The notes under the pieces were generated by a model. That model saw nothing but the letters and a program-made list of their open reading frames with translations. It had not been told where the DNA came from and ran no database searches. Source: Thermoproteus tenax Kra 1 (lineage in GTDB: Archaea > Thermoproteota > Thermoprotei > Thermoproteales > Thermoproteaceae). From it: 32,000 nt of DNA. The stretch spans positions 1,410,001-1,442,000 of the forward strand of contig NC_016070.1 of the NCBI RefSeq assembly GCF_000253055.1, read 5' to 3'. Every line of letters starts with the position of its first letter. Position 1 is the stretch's first letter. Shown one piece after another: positions 19,290 to 28,165 of this stretch. A program made the position numbers and the translations under genes.

Positions 19290-20600
19290 ATGGAATATAA
19301 GGTTAAGGATATCTCCCTAGCATCAAGGGGTCGTCAGTTGATATACTGGGCAGAGCGGAACATGCCCGTGCTTATGAGGATAAGAGAGAGGTTCGAGAGA
19401 GAGAGGCCGTTGGCAGGCATTACCATAGCGGCCTCTCTCCATGTGACTAAGGAGACGGCTGTTCTCGTGAGGACGTTGGCCAGAGGCGGCGCCCGGGTGG
19501 CCTTAGTGCCCTCCAATCCGCTATCAACTCAGGACGAAGTGGCTGCCGCGCTCGCTGAAGAGGGTGTTGCTGTATACGCTTGGAGAGGGATGAACGAGCG
19601 AGAGTATTACAACGCGATAGGCTTTGCTCTATCTTTCAGCCCCGACATAACTATGGACGACGGCGCCGATCTAACGGCCTCTGTACATAAGTTGGCCTAC
19701 GGAGCCTCCGACGACACTGTCCAACACATAAGAGAGACGGCGGGGAGCATAGACCTCGCCAAATTGGCGAGCAGAATAAGAGGAGGCACGGAGGAGACCA
19801 CCACGGGAGTGATAAGGCTTAAGGCGCTTCATAGGGAGGGCAAGTTGCTCTATCCCATAATAGCTGTGAACGAGTCCTATACGAAATATCTATTCGACAA
19901 CAGGTACGGCACGGGCCAGTCGACGTGGGACGGAATACTGAGGGCTACCAACATGTTAGTTGCCGGCAAGGTAGTTGTCGTGGCTGGCTACGGATGGGTA
20001 GGCCGGGGCATCGCGACAAGGGCTAGAGGTCTCGGGGCGCGCAGAGTTATAGTTACCGAGGTCAACCCGGTCAGAGCTCTCGAGGCAGTTTTCGACGGCT
20101 TTGAGGTAATGCCTATATCGAGAGCGGCCGAGATAGGCGACGTCTTTATAACGGCCACGGGAGATGTCAGAGTGATAAGCCTCGATCATATTCTGAGGAT
20201 GAAGGACGGAGCCATTTTGGCCAATGCTGGACACTTCAACGTAGAAATAGACGTGGAGGGCTTAGAGAGAGTGGCGAGGTCGAAAAGGACTATTAGGCCG
20301 TACTTGGAGGAGTACGAATTGCCGAACGGCAAGAGGGTGTACCTTATAGGAGAGGGCAGACTTGTCAACCTAGTAGCAGCCGAGGGACACCCCAGTGAGG
20401 TCATGGACATGTCTTTTGCCAATCAAGCGCTAGCCGCCGAGTACCTAGTGAAGAACAAACTGGGCGTCGGGGTCTACAAGCTCCCCGACGAATTAGACGT
20501 GGAGGTGGCCAAGCTAAAGCTGTCCTCCATGGGTATAGAGATAGACGAGCTCACGGAGGAGCAGAGAAGATATATAACCAGTTGGGAGCTGGGGACTTAA
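19290..20600 (+). CDS. ahcY: Adenosylhomocysteinase
   Basis: [51 protein letters not shown]. Confidence 0.97.
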   Translation: MEYKVKDISLASRGRQLIYWAERNMPVLMRIRERFERERPLAGITIAASLHVTKETAVLVRTLARGGARVALVPSNPLSTQDEVAAALAEEGVAVYAWRGMNEREYYNAIGFALSFSPDITMDDGADLTASVHKLAYGASDDTVQHIRETAGSIDLAKLASRIRGGTEETTTGVIRLKALHREGKLLYPIIAVNESYTKYLFDNRYGTGQSTWDGILRATNMLVAGKVVVVAGYGWVGRGIATRARGLGARRVIVTEVNPVRALEAVFDGFEVMPISRAAEIGDVFITATGDVRVISLDHILRMKDGAILANAGHFNVEIDVEGLERVARSKRTIRPYLEEYELPNGKRVYLIGEGRLVNLVAAEGHPSEVMDMSFANQALAAEYLVKNKLGVGVYKLPDELDVEVAKLKLSSMGIEIDELTEEQRRYITSWELGT

Positions 20601-20627
20601 GATATAAAGCTTAGAGCCCCGGAAACT

Positions 20628-20714
20628 GTAGATGAGCGTACCTTACGACTGACCGTTGATGTAACTGACCTGCGGCGATTCCTCTAGCCAAACCCCTTGT
20701 TCACCCCGCCGCAG
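20628..20714 (+). ncRNA. Weak candidate non-coding RNA with imperfect C/D-like boxes and an 8-bp stem
   Basis: TATAAA at about 20603-20608, imperfect C-like AGATGAG, CTGA at 20649-20652, TTGATGT at 20656-20662; stem CTGCGGCG (20670-20677)/CGCCGCAG (20707-20714). Confidence 0.3.
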
Positions 20715-20725
20715 ACTCCAACGCC

Positions 20726-21073
20726 CTAATCGTTGAGACAACGCTTAGCTATCTCTGTGTAAAACCTCTTAAGGCGTTTGACCTCACTAATTCTCCTCCT
20801 CAATGTGCCCAAATCAGCGGGCGAGACCCCGCGGGCAATAAGCTCTCTGTAGAGCCCCCTGAGATCCTTGAGCTCAACATCATAGTAATACATGAGACTT
20901 TTTGCGCGATCGCACTCAACCCCCTCATCAAGCTCCTGCGGGAGACCCTCTATCCCCAACAGTCTCCCCACGGCTACGGCTGCCGTATTATCCTTAAGAG
21001 ATTCTAGAATTCTCTCGATATTTATACCGCCTAGATATTTGCCATATTTAACTATAATCAGCTCTATTTCCAT
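20726..21073 (-). CDS. Hypothetical protein (115 aa)
   Basis: Open frame with plausible composition; overlaps its upstream neighbour by 10 bp. Confidence 0.6.
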   Translation of the reverse strand: MEIELIIVKYGKYLGGINIERILESLKDNTAAVAVGRLLGIEGLPQELDEGVECDRAKSLMYYYDVELKDLRGLYRELIARGVSPADLGTLRRRISEVKRLKRFYTEIAKRCLND

Positions 21074-21384
21074 GGTGATATCCTCTTAATTATCGAATAT
21101 CCTATATATTCTTCATCTACTCTCTCTATGGAGTCCTCTGCCTCCTCGTCCCGCTCCTGTATCTCCTCAATAGGGTCGCCCACGGCATCTTGTACCTCCT
21201 CAACGATCGCCCACCTATTTCTCTGTTCTACCCTAGTCACAGGGATATTGGCTATCCGCGCCACATCGATCGCGGCATCCTTGCCCTCCTCCAAGTAGAG
21301 CAATACTATGAGTCTCGCCTTATCGCTCTGAGGGAGTCTGCCGAATTTATATAACAAGTTCATCGTTTTGAGCTGCTGAGCCAC
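21064..21384 (-). CDS. Hypothetical protein (106 aa), acidic C-terminal half
   Basis: GTG start with TATAAA-type element about 25 nt upstream (21407-21412). Confidence 0.65.
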   Translation of the reverse strand: MAQQLKTMNLLYKFGRLPQSDKARLIVLLYLEEGKDAAIDVARIANIPVTRVEQRNRWAIVEEVQDAVGDPIEEIQERDEEAEDSIERVDEEYIGYSIIKRISPWK

Positions 21385-21444
21385 ACCCCAGTCGGGACAT
21401 TAGATTATAAACCAAACAGTTAATCAGCTTAAGGGGGGTCTTCG

Positions 21445-21503
21445 CGAAAAGTGATGATGCGCTCAATAACGAGCGGTGAAGACCTATCGCCGCACTGATT
21501 TTT
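21445..21503 (+). ncRNA. C/D box sRNA candidate
   Basis: C GTGATGA (21451-21457), D'-like CGAG (21470-21473), C'-like TGAAGA (21477-21482), guide CTATCGCCGCA, D CTGA (21495-21498), then a T run. Confidence 0.82.
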
Positions 21504-21525
21504 AAAGGATGGCTAAGCCGAAATT

Positions 21526-22185
21526 ATGGAGATCAAGAACTTTGTAAGCGATACTGGAGTAAGAGTGGCGTACCAAGTGGTCAATAACGTGGACAACTCG
21601 CGGCGCCCGGAGGGGCTCGACGAACTGATAAAGTCAGTGGAGGAGGAGATCCGGAGATCTCTTCGGCTCGACGACCTCAAGGACAACGCCATAATTAGGA
21701 TCTACCGCGACTTCTACTGGCGCGTGATAGGCATTGATCCCACTAAACAGAGGCCTGCTCAAGAGGCGCTCCTGCGAAGAGTCCTGAGAGGTGAGCCATT
21801 GCCCCGGATAAATCCGGCCGTAGACATAGGCAATGTAGCCTCTATCAAATGGCTTCTCCCGGTGGGTCTATACGATATAGACAAAATAGGAGGCGGCGTC
21901 CTAGAGCTACGTTGGTCGAGAGGCGAGACGTTCTACCCCATAGGAGGTAAGCCTATGCAGGTCGACAGACAGATAGTGCTGGCCTCAGAGGATAAAGTGT
22001 TGCACATCTACCCTTACAGAGACAGCGTGTTGACTAAGGTCGATGAAGGAACCAAGAATATACTCATAGTGGTCGCTGGGCTGAAGGGCATTGAGGACGA
22101 GCGTCTTAGGGAGTGCGCCAACTTTATATCAAAAAACATGGAGAGGTATTTGGGAGGTAGAGCTGGAGACATCAAGCTAGTTTGA
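21526..22185 (+). CDS. Stand-alone B3/4 (PheRS beta-like) domain protein
   Basis: YRDFYWRVIGIDPTKQRPAQEALLRRVLRGEPLPRINPAVDIGNVASI. Confidence 0.85.
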   Translation: MEIKNFVSDTGVRVAYQVVNNVDNSRRPEGLDELIKSVEEEIRRSLRLDDLKDNAIIRIYRDFYWRVIGIDPTKQRPAQEALLRRVLRGEPLPRINPAVDIGNVASIKWLLPVGLYDIDKIGGGVLELRWSRGETFYPIGGKPMQVDRQIVLASEDKVLHIYPYRDSVLTKVDEGTKNILIVVAGLKGIEDERLRECANFISKNMERYLGGRAGDIKLV

Positions 22186-23494
22186 CTCTTCTAAGGAATA
22201 TGTCAACGATAGCAGCTATAGAGAGTCCCTCGACTATCTCGGGGCTCCACCTTACGCGTACTACGGGCCTTGGTATGTTGACGACCTCCTCTATTTTGGC
22301 CGGCGTCCCCATGACAACGACGTCTGAGTCTACTCTCCTTATGGTCTCCTCTAGATCCCTCTTCTGCTCCTCAGTGTAGCCCAGACTTGGAAGGACAGGC
22401 CCTATATGCGGATATCGTGAATAGACCTCCTTCAGGGCTCCTACGGCGTAGGGTCTCGGATCGACAACAGTGGCTCCATATTTTATGGCTGCGACGTAGC
22501 CGGCACCGTAGGGCAAACCGCCGTGGGTCACCGTAGGAGCATCCTCCACCACTAAGGCCCTCTTGCCCCTCAAAAGCTCCCCTCTGTCCACCGACACGCG
22601 GAAGTCGGCCTTGACTATAGTAGCGCGGGGGTTCAGCGATCTTATGTTCCCCTCTATAGCCCTAATTTTTTCGCTATCGGAGTCCCCCACCTTCGATATC
22701 ACGACTACGTCGGCCATTCTTACGTTGGCTTCTCCAGGGAACGAGGAGACCTCGTGGCCGGGTCTCCTTGCGTCGGTCACTACTACGACGAAGTCTGGCC
22801 TAAAGAACGGGAAATCGTTATTGCCGCCGTCCCACAGTATAACGTCGCCCATCTCCTCGGCCTTCGCGAGGACTCTGCCGTAGTCAACCCCCGCCAGAAC
22901 TGGCACGCCCATATCTACGTACTGCTCGTATTCTTCCCTTTCCTCAAAGGTTATCCTCGCCAGGTCAGAGCGCGTGCGATAGATCTCGACAGCGCTGGCC
23001 ACAAGATCTCTGTAGGGCATGGGGTGTCTCACGACTGCGACTTTGATGTTACGCGAGATTAGCTCTCTTACTATAGCCCTGCTGATCGTCGACTTGCCCG
23101 CCCCAGTCCGCGTAGCCAGAACGGCGATGACCGGTTTTATGGAGTTCAAGTATGTATCATTGGGACCCAATACTCTGAAGGAGGCGCCGGCCCCCACGAC
23201 TGCGGACATTATATGCCCCACATCGTCATAGAGCAAATCACTGTATGCCAAGACTGCTTCATCTATGCGTAACTTTTTCACTAACTCTGCTAGCTCGCCA
23301 TAATCGCTCCAAGTGTAGATCGGCACGCCCTCGGGATAGGCGGCGCCTGCCAACTCAGGGGGATATCTTCGGCTCGGGATAGGTATTTGCGTCATCAAAA
23401 AGGCTATAACTCTATATTCGGGGTTGTTTCTAAAGAACATATTAAACACGTGGAAATCGCGACCAGCCGCCCCTATTATCGCAACTCTCCTCAT
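22172..23494 (-). CDS. Cyclic 2,3-diphosphoglycerate synthetase family / predicted GTPase
   Basis: MRRVAIIGAAGRDFHVFNMFFRNNPEYRVIAF, VLATRTGAGKSTISRAI, LWDGGNNDFPFFRPD. Confidence 0.85.
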   Translation of the reverse strand: MRRVAIIGAAGRDFHVFNMFFRNNPEYRVIAFLMTQIPIPSRRYPPELAGAAYPEGVPIYTWSDYGELAELVKKLRIDEAVLAYSDLLYDDVGHIMSAVVGAGASFRVLGPNDTYLNSIKPVIAVLATRTGAGKSTISRAIVRELISRNIKVAVVRHPMPYRDLVASAVEIYRTRSDLARITFEEREEYEQYVDMGVPVLAGVDYGRVLAKAEEMGDVILWDGGNNDFPFFRPDFVVVVTDARRPGHEVSSFPGEANVRMADVVVISKVGDSDSEKIRAIEGNIRSLNPRATIVKADFRVSVDRGELLRGKRALVVEDAPTVTHGGLPYGAGYVAAIKYGATVVDPRPYAVGALKEVYSRYPHIGPVLPSLGYTEEQKRDLEETIRRVDSDVVVMGTPAKIEEVVNIPRPVVRVRWSPEIVEGLSIAAIVDIFLRRVKLA

Positions 23495-23540
23495 AGGTAT
23501 ATAGCAGACTAGAGTTTATATAGATATATGTTTTTAAAAA

Positions 23541-24161
23541 ATGGAGCCCCACCGGCCAGTGTTAGTATTCTCAGACGTCCATCTGGGCTCCCCCCGGTCA
23601 AGGATAAGGGAGTTGAGGCGGTGCCTTAAGGGCATAGACGCAGAGGTCGTGGCAGTTGCCGGCGATCTATTCGACGACGAGCATAGGCCTGTGGGAAGAG
23701 ATGAAGCAAGGGCTTTGTTCAGAAGGGCATTGGCAGCTCTGGGGATTAAGCCGCGGATGCTGATAGTGTCTCTCAGCTCTTCATCGCACGACCCCCAGAT
23801 AGCAGGCAGTTTTACGGACAAGATAGACGGCGTTGAGGTCATGGCGTGCAACTGCCCCATCTCGTTTGAGTACGGGGGGGTTAAGTTCGTAATAACCCAC
23901 GGAGATCTAGCGTTAGGAGACGGCTTCTTGGCCTACCTCGTGGACCTCATAAGGCCTGGCCAGATCGGGAGGCTATTGAGGAGGAGGCTCGGCGTACAGC
24001 AAAACGAGTGGTTGATCTACGGACACAGCCACGTTCCATATTTGAGCGGCGAGGAGAGGATCTTAAATCCAGGGGCATGGAAGATATACGGAATCCGGCG
24101 CCTATTGGGCGCCGTCTATGAGATGCCGTCGGCCAAGCTTATCTGCAAGCCAGGCTCTTAA
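23541..24161 (+). CDS. Calcineurin-like metallophosphoesterase
   Basis: VFSDVHLGSP, AGDLFDDE, THGDLALG, IYGHSHVPYL. Confidence 0.88.
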   Translation: MEPHRPVLVFSDVHLGSPRSRIRELRRCLKGIDAEVVAVAGDLFDDEHRPVGRDEARALFRRALAALGIKPRMLIVSLSSSSHDPQIAGSFTDKIDGVEVMACNCPISFEYGGVKFVITHGDLALGDGFLAYLVDLIRPGQIGRLLRRRLGVQQNEWLIYGHSHVPYLSGEERILNPGAWKIYGIRRLLGAVYEMPSAKLICKPGS

Positions 24162-24572
24162 GTCCTCAAGGGCCTCGGGCAAATAGCCTAGTACATCAAC
24201 GGGGGCATCCCTGACGTTCAACGACAGACATACCCTCCAGTCTAGGAGATATCTCAGATTAGTGGCGGCCTCCCTTCTGATATTCTCTTCACAGAAAGCC
24301 TCGGGCGAGAGGAGCGCGCCTTTGCCTATGAACGCGACTTGGTGCGCATATTTGAGATACACAGGCACCCCTCTGGCTATCTTAAGCGCCTTGAGAATAG
24401 TCTGCTCTCTACATGTGGGCAAGTTCAATATCTGGACACTATACCCCCACTTAGCTATGGCGAGTCCCAGGCCCACCCACTTCTCGGCCTCGCTAGGCGG
24501 AGGAGGAACTAGAGTGACGCGCGGAGGCCCCTCGCCGATTGTTATGTCGCTAAGAGTGTAGCGTATCTTCAC
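24102..24572 (-). CDS. Hypothetical protein (156 aa)
   Basis: Open frame of coding-like composition, convergent 60-bp overlap with the phosphoesterase; TTAAAT-type box about 24 nt upstream of the start. Confidence 0.65.
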   Translation of the reverse strand: MKIRYTLSDITIGEGPPRVTLVPPPPSEAEKWVGLGLAIAKWGYSVQILNLPTCREQTILKALKIARGVPVYLKYAHQVAFIGKGALLSPEAFCEENIRREAATNLRYLLDWRVCLSLNVRDAPVDVLGYLPEALEDLRAWLADKLGRRHLIDGAQ

Positions 24573-24599
24573 GGCCTTTTATATTGTGCTTAAATTATT

Positions 24600-24655
24600 G
24601 ATGTGATGAAGTTGGTCTTAGCCGATAATGACGAGGGGAACGATGTCTGATTCCT
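24600..24655 (+). ncRNA. C/D box sRNA candidate
   Basis: C GTGATGA (24604-24610), guide AGTTGGTCTTAG, D' CCGA (24623-24626), C' ATGACGA (24629-24635), guide GGGGAACGATGT, D CTGA (24648-24651). Confidence 0.92.
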
Positions 24656-24741
24656 GTATCTCAGGATGATAGAAACTTTCGTTCTACTCTCCTTGTTTTA
24701 TCTTAAATATAAGAAACTATAAATGGAACTTGAAGGATATT

Positions 24742-27279
24742 ATGGCCGTTAGAGTAATCAAGTCATCGGGCCACAGGGAGGAGTTCTCAGAGGACAAGCT
24801 AAAGTCATCGTTAGCCAAGGCGGCGCGTGATGTAGGCGTTGAGGTCGACGGAGAGGTGAGTATTACGCCGAAGGGCGATGTCTATAGCTATGAGCTCTCC
24901 GATATAGCCGAGCTCGAGCTCCTGCGGAGGGCTATAGATGACCCTAAGTATGCTGCGGTGGCGACATCCCACCTCCTCGGCCGAGTTTACAAGGAGGCCC
25001 TAGGTAAGGATTTCCTCAAACACAAGTCGGGCTATGGCGAGAGGGCCGTAGCCAAGTTCGAGCAGTTGGCCAGCGAGGGCCTCATCAAGGGAGAGGCGTT
25101 GTCTCTGTTGAGGGCCTTCGAGCCCAGGCCCGACTTCGACCGGTCGCTCAGCTACAACGCCCTGCGCCTCTTCACCAACGGCAACTACGCCCTGAGGGGC
25201 GGGGACTTCAGGCTGGCCGAGACTCCCAGCATGGCGGCTTGGCGCGTGGCGACTGCCGTCGCGCGGGATACGGAGATGGCGAGGAGGTATTACGGCGCGA
25301 TCACATCGCTGAAGATAGTGCCGGCATCGCCCTTCTGGTTCAACGCTTGGACTAAGAAGGAGATGTTCGCCTCGTGCTTCACTCTAGAGGTGGAGGATTG
25401 CCTATCCTCCCTCTCGCATCCAAACCGCTTCTGTATCTACGACGCCCTTGCCTACTCCGGAATAATACAGCAGTTGGGCGGCGGCGTCGGCTACGACTTC
25501 TCCCTGCTAAGGCCGGAGGGCGATGTAGTGAGAGGTAGCGTGGGAGTCGCGTCCGGGCCCATCAGCTTCATGAAGCTGTTTGACACCAACGTCGAGGTGA
25601 TTAAGCAGGGAGGCAAGAGGAGGGGCGCCCAGATGGGCACTCTGCACGTGTGGCACCCCGACGTGAGGAAGTTCATAAAGGCCAAGACCGGGGAGCTGAA
25701 GGACGCCCATCTCCAGAACTTCAATATCTCGGTGTTCGCCGACGACTCCTTCATGGAGAAGGCGCTGGGGTTGGACAAAGACCCGAGGTACCCCTTAGTG
25801 AACCCGAGGATATATCTGGAGAAGACGGGGAGGAAGCCGGTGGAGGAGCTACGCTTGAGCCCGCCGCAGGAGGCCGTGGCCGGTTGGGCGGACGCGAGGG
25901 AGCTCTTCCGGGAGATAGCTGAGGGCGCCTGGGACTCGGGCGATCCGGGCGTTATATACAAGGACAACCTAAACGCCTCCAACCCGCTCCTCGGCGTAGA
26001 GGTGGAGGTCGCCGGGTACAAATTCAGATACGTCTGGCGCTCCGTGAACCCTTGTGCCGAGACCGTTCAGAACCCCTTCGAGGTCTGCAACTTGACCCAC
26101 ATAAACTTGGCGAAATTCGCCAGGGAGTGCACCGGGAAGACCTTAGAGGAGAAGCTCGCGTGTATCGACTGGGACGGCTTGGCCGAGGCGGCCCGCCTGG
26201 GCACTAGGTTCCTCGACGAGGCCATAGACCGCAGCCGCACGGGGATAGGGATCATCGACGAGATGAACCGCGCCACTAGGAAGAACGGCCTCGGCATCAT
26301 GGGCTTCGCCGAGCTGTTGATAAAGTTGGGCATCCCCTACGCCAGCTGGGAGGCAGTGGAGCTGATAAACAGGATAATGGCGTGGATCTACGTCAACGCC
26401 CTCGACGAATCGGCGGAGCTGGCCAGGGAGAGGGGGCCCTTCAAGTTCTTCGAGGAGTCCGCGTACGCTAGAGGCGAGATACCAGTTCTGAAGTTCCAGG
26501 ACTACGTCTGGGGCAAGTGGGAGCGCGTCAGGGGGGCCTTCCCGCCCGAGCTGAGGGAGGCAGGCGACCGCCTCCGCGAGATAACCATGAGGACGAGGGA
26601 GTGGCTGGGGCCCAGGCTTGAGGCGCTGAGGGAGAAGGTCAAGGGAGGCGTGAGGAACTCGGTGGTGCTGTCCATAGCCCCCACGGGCAGAACCAGCATA
26701 CTGGCCGGCACCACAAGCGGCGTGGAGCCGGTCTTCGCCCTGGCCTTCATAAGGAACGTGACCGTCGGCACCCTCATAGAGTACTACTGGCCGGCGGTGG
26801 AGTGGCTGAGGGCGAGGGGCCTCTGGACGCCCCAAGTGAGGAAGACGGTGGAGGAGACGGGCATGCTCAAGGACGCCCCTCTGCCGGAGGAGGTGAAACA
26901 CTTGTTTGCCACGGCCATGGAGATCGGCTGGCTGTGGCACGTCCTAATGCAGGCGAGCGCACAGCAGTGGGTGGATCAGGGCATATCCAAGACCATAAAC
27001 ATGCCCGCCAACGCGCCCAAGGAGGACGTATACTGGGCTTTCGCCCTGGCGTGGGCCCTTGGCGTAAAGGGCATAACGGTGTATAGGGATAAGTCCAAGT
27101 CTGTGCAGGTGATATACACAGGGCTGAAGCAGGAAATAAAGAAGAAGCTGGCCGACACGAAGATAATAGTGAAGCCTGTGGCCCTAGAGGCCTCCATAGA
27201 GGAGGCCGCCGAGCAGGCCAAGCTGAAGGCCCTGGAGGAGGGCAAAGACCCATACTGTAAGACTGGCGAGTGTGGATAA
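24742..27279 (+). CDS. nrdJ: Adenosylcobalamin-dependent (class II) ribonucleoside-diphosphate reductase
   Basis: ATP-cone (VIKSSGHREEFSEDKLKSSLAKAA), GGGVGYDFSLLRP, NPCAETVQNPFEVCNL, SIAPTGRTSILAGTTSGVEPVFAL. Confidence 0.95.
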   Translation: MAVRVIKSSGHREEFSEDKLKSSLAKAARDVGVEVDGEVSITPKGDVYSYELSDIAELELLRRAIDDPKYAAVATSHLLGRVYKEALGKDFLKHKSGYGERAVAKFEQLASEGLIKGEALSLLRAFEPRPDFDRSLSYNALRLFTNGNYALRGGDFRLAETPSMAAWRVATAVARDTEMARRYYGAITSLKIVPASPFWFNAWTKKEMFASCFTLEVEDCLSSLSHPNRFCIYDALAYSGIIQQLGGGVGYDFSLLRPEGDVVRGSVGVASGPISFMKLFDTNVEVIKQGGKRRGAQMGTLHVWHPDVRKFIKAKTGELKDAHLQNFNISVFADDSFMEKALGLDKDPRYPLVNPRIYLEKTGRKPVEELRLSPPQEAVAGWADARELFREIAEGAWDSGDPGVIYKDNLNASNPLLGVEVEVAGYKFRYVWRSVNPCAETVQNPFEVCNLTHINLAKFARECTGKTLEEKLACIDWDGLAEAARLGTRFLDEAIDRSRTGIGIIDEMNRATRKNGLGIMGFAELLIKLGIPYASWEAVELINRIMAWIYVNALDESAELARERGPFKFFEESAYARGEIPVLKFQDYVWGKWERVRGAFPPELREAGDRLREITMRTREWLGPRLEALREKVKGGVRNSVVLSIAPTGRTSILAGTTSGVEPVFALAFIRNVTVGTLIEYYWPAVEWLRARGLWTPQVRKTVEETGMLKDAPLPEEVKHLFATAMEIGWLWHVLMQASAQQWVDQGISKTINMPANAPKEDVYWAFALAWALGVKGITVYRDKSKSVQVIYTGLKQEIKKKLADTKIIVKPVALEASIEEAAEQAKLKALEEGKDPYCKTGECG

Positions 27280-27314
27280 CTATTGCTTAGAAATATAGGG
27301 GGGATTACTCCGAC

Positions 27315-27797
27315 ATGTTCGATTTAGTAATAAAGGCTGTGAGAATAGGCCTTTTGGCGCTCTTGGGAGCAGTCCTCTATTCGGGCATATACCTCTGGCT
27401 CAACGGACTCTTTGACGTTCGAATAATATTAATAGGAATTTATAGTATGACTATAATATCAATTATACCATATACTTTTGTAAATATATTGTATAATATA
27501 AAAAATAGACATCGTGATGGCCGCTGGGTAATATACGTGGCTCTCTCTATCTCGCTGTTGTTGACGTTGATTGTAGCCTTCATGAGGCTGGTGGCAATCG
27601 ACAGCTCTATACAGCCTATAGCCGTGCAACAGCTACGTTACGATGGCACACTGGCCTTGTCAATGGCCTTGTTGGGCCTTGCCTCACTTCTATATCTAGG
27701 CTCCATAATTCCCGATGTAGAAAAGATAGTGGGAGGTCTCATAACTGCGTTGAAGGAGGAGGATGAGGAGGAGACCTACGAGGTAGAGATCGTCTAG
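27315..27797 (+). CDS. Predicted integral membrane protein (about 4 TM)
   Basis: Hydrophobic segments throughout the 160-aa ORF, acidic C-terminus. Confidence 0.7.
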   Translation: MFDLVIKAVRIGLLALLGAVLYSGIYLWLNGLFDVRIILIGIYSMTIISIIPYTFVNILYNIKNRHRDGRWVIYVALSISLLLTLIVAFMRLVAIDSSIQPIAVQQLRYDGTLALSMALLGLASLLYLGSIIPDVEKIVGGLITALKEEDEEETYEVEIV

Positions 27798-27825
27798 ACC
27801 TTTTAATGTAGAGCCTACTGGACAA

Positions 27826-28098
27826 GTGGTGGAGGAGCTCGTAGAGATAGTGAGGTATCTAGAGTCTCAGGAGTCGTACAGATTGATCGATGTCATAAAG
27901 TACAGAAACGGACGCCGCTATATATTTAAGGTCTCGATCCGAGACGGCGAGATTTATATTCATTTGATATCTCATAGGGGAAGAGCCTACTTGGAGCTTT
28001 GGCTGCAGAGCTTCGCAGTGCCTTTGGCAGTCTACGACCTCAACAAGGACTCTTTATCAATACCTATCTCGGTGGTGGAGCTGTTGAAACGCTCTTAA
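27826..28098 (+). CDS. Hypothetical protein (90 aa)
   Basis: Coding-like composition; no family recognised. Confidence 0.6.
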   Translation: MVEELVEIVRYLESQESYRLIDVIKYRNGRRYIFKVSIRDGEIYIHLISHRGRAYLELWLQSFAVPLAVYDLNKDSLSIPISVVELLKRS

Positions 28099-28165
28099 GT
28101 CGAGCACGTCCAACCAGCGCTTACAGGAGCTTCAAATAATATAAAGAGTCTTGCCGTCTCTCGCT

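Noticed and set aside
25491-26021. Antisense ORF (176 aa) inside nrdJ
   Set aside because: Low-complexity Ser/Pro/Leu composition typical of spurious complement-strand ORFs; no start context.
26143-26940. Long antisense ORF (265 aa) inside nrdJ
   Set aside because: Lies opposite a strongly recognised RNR coding region. It is Pro/His/Leu/Arg-rich, as expected from the reverse strand of a GC-rich gene.
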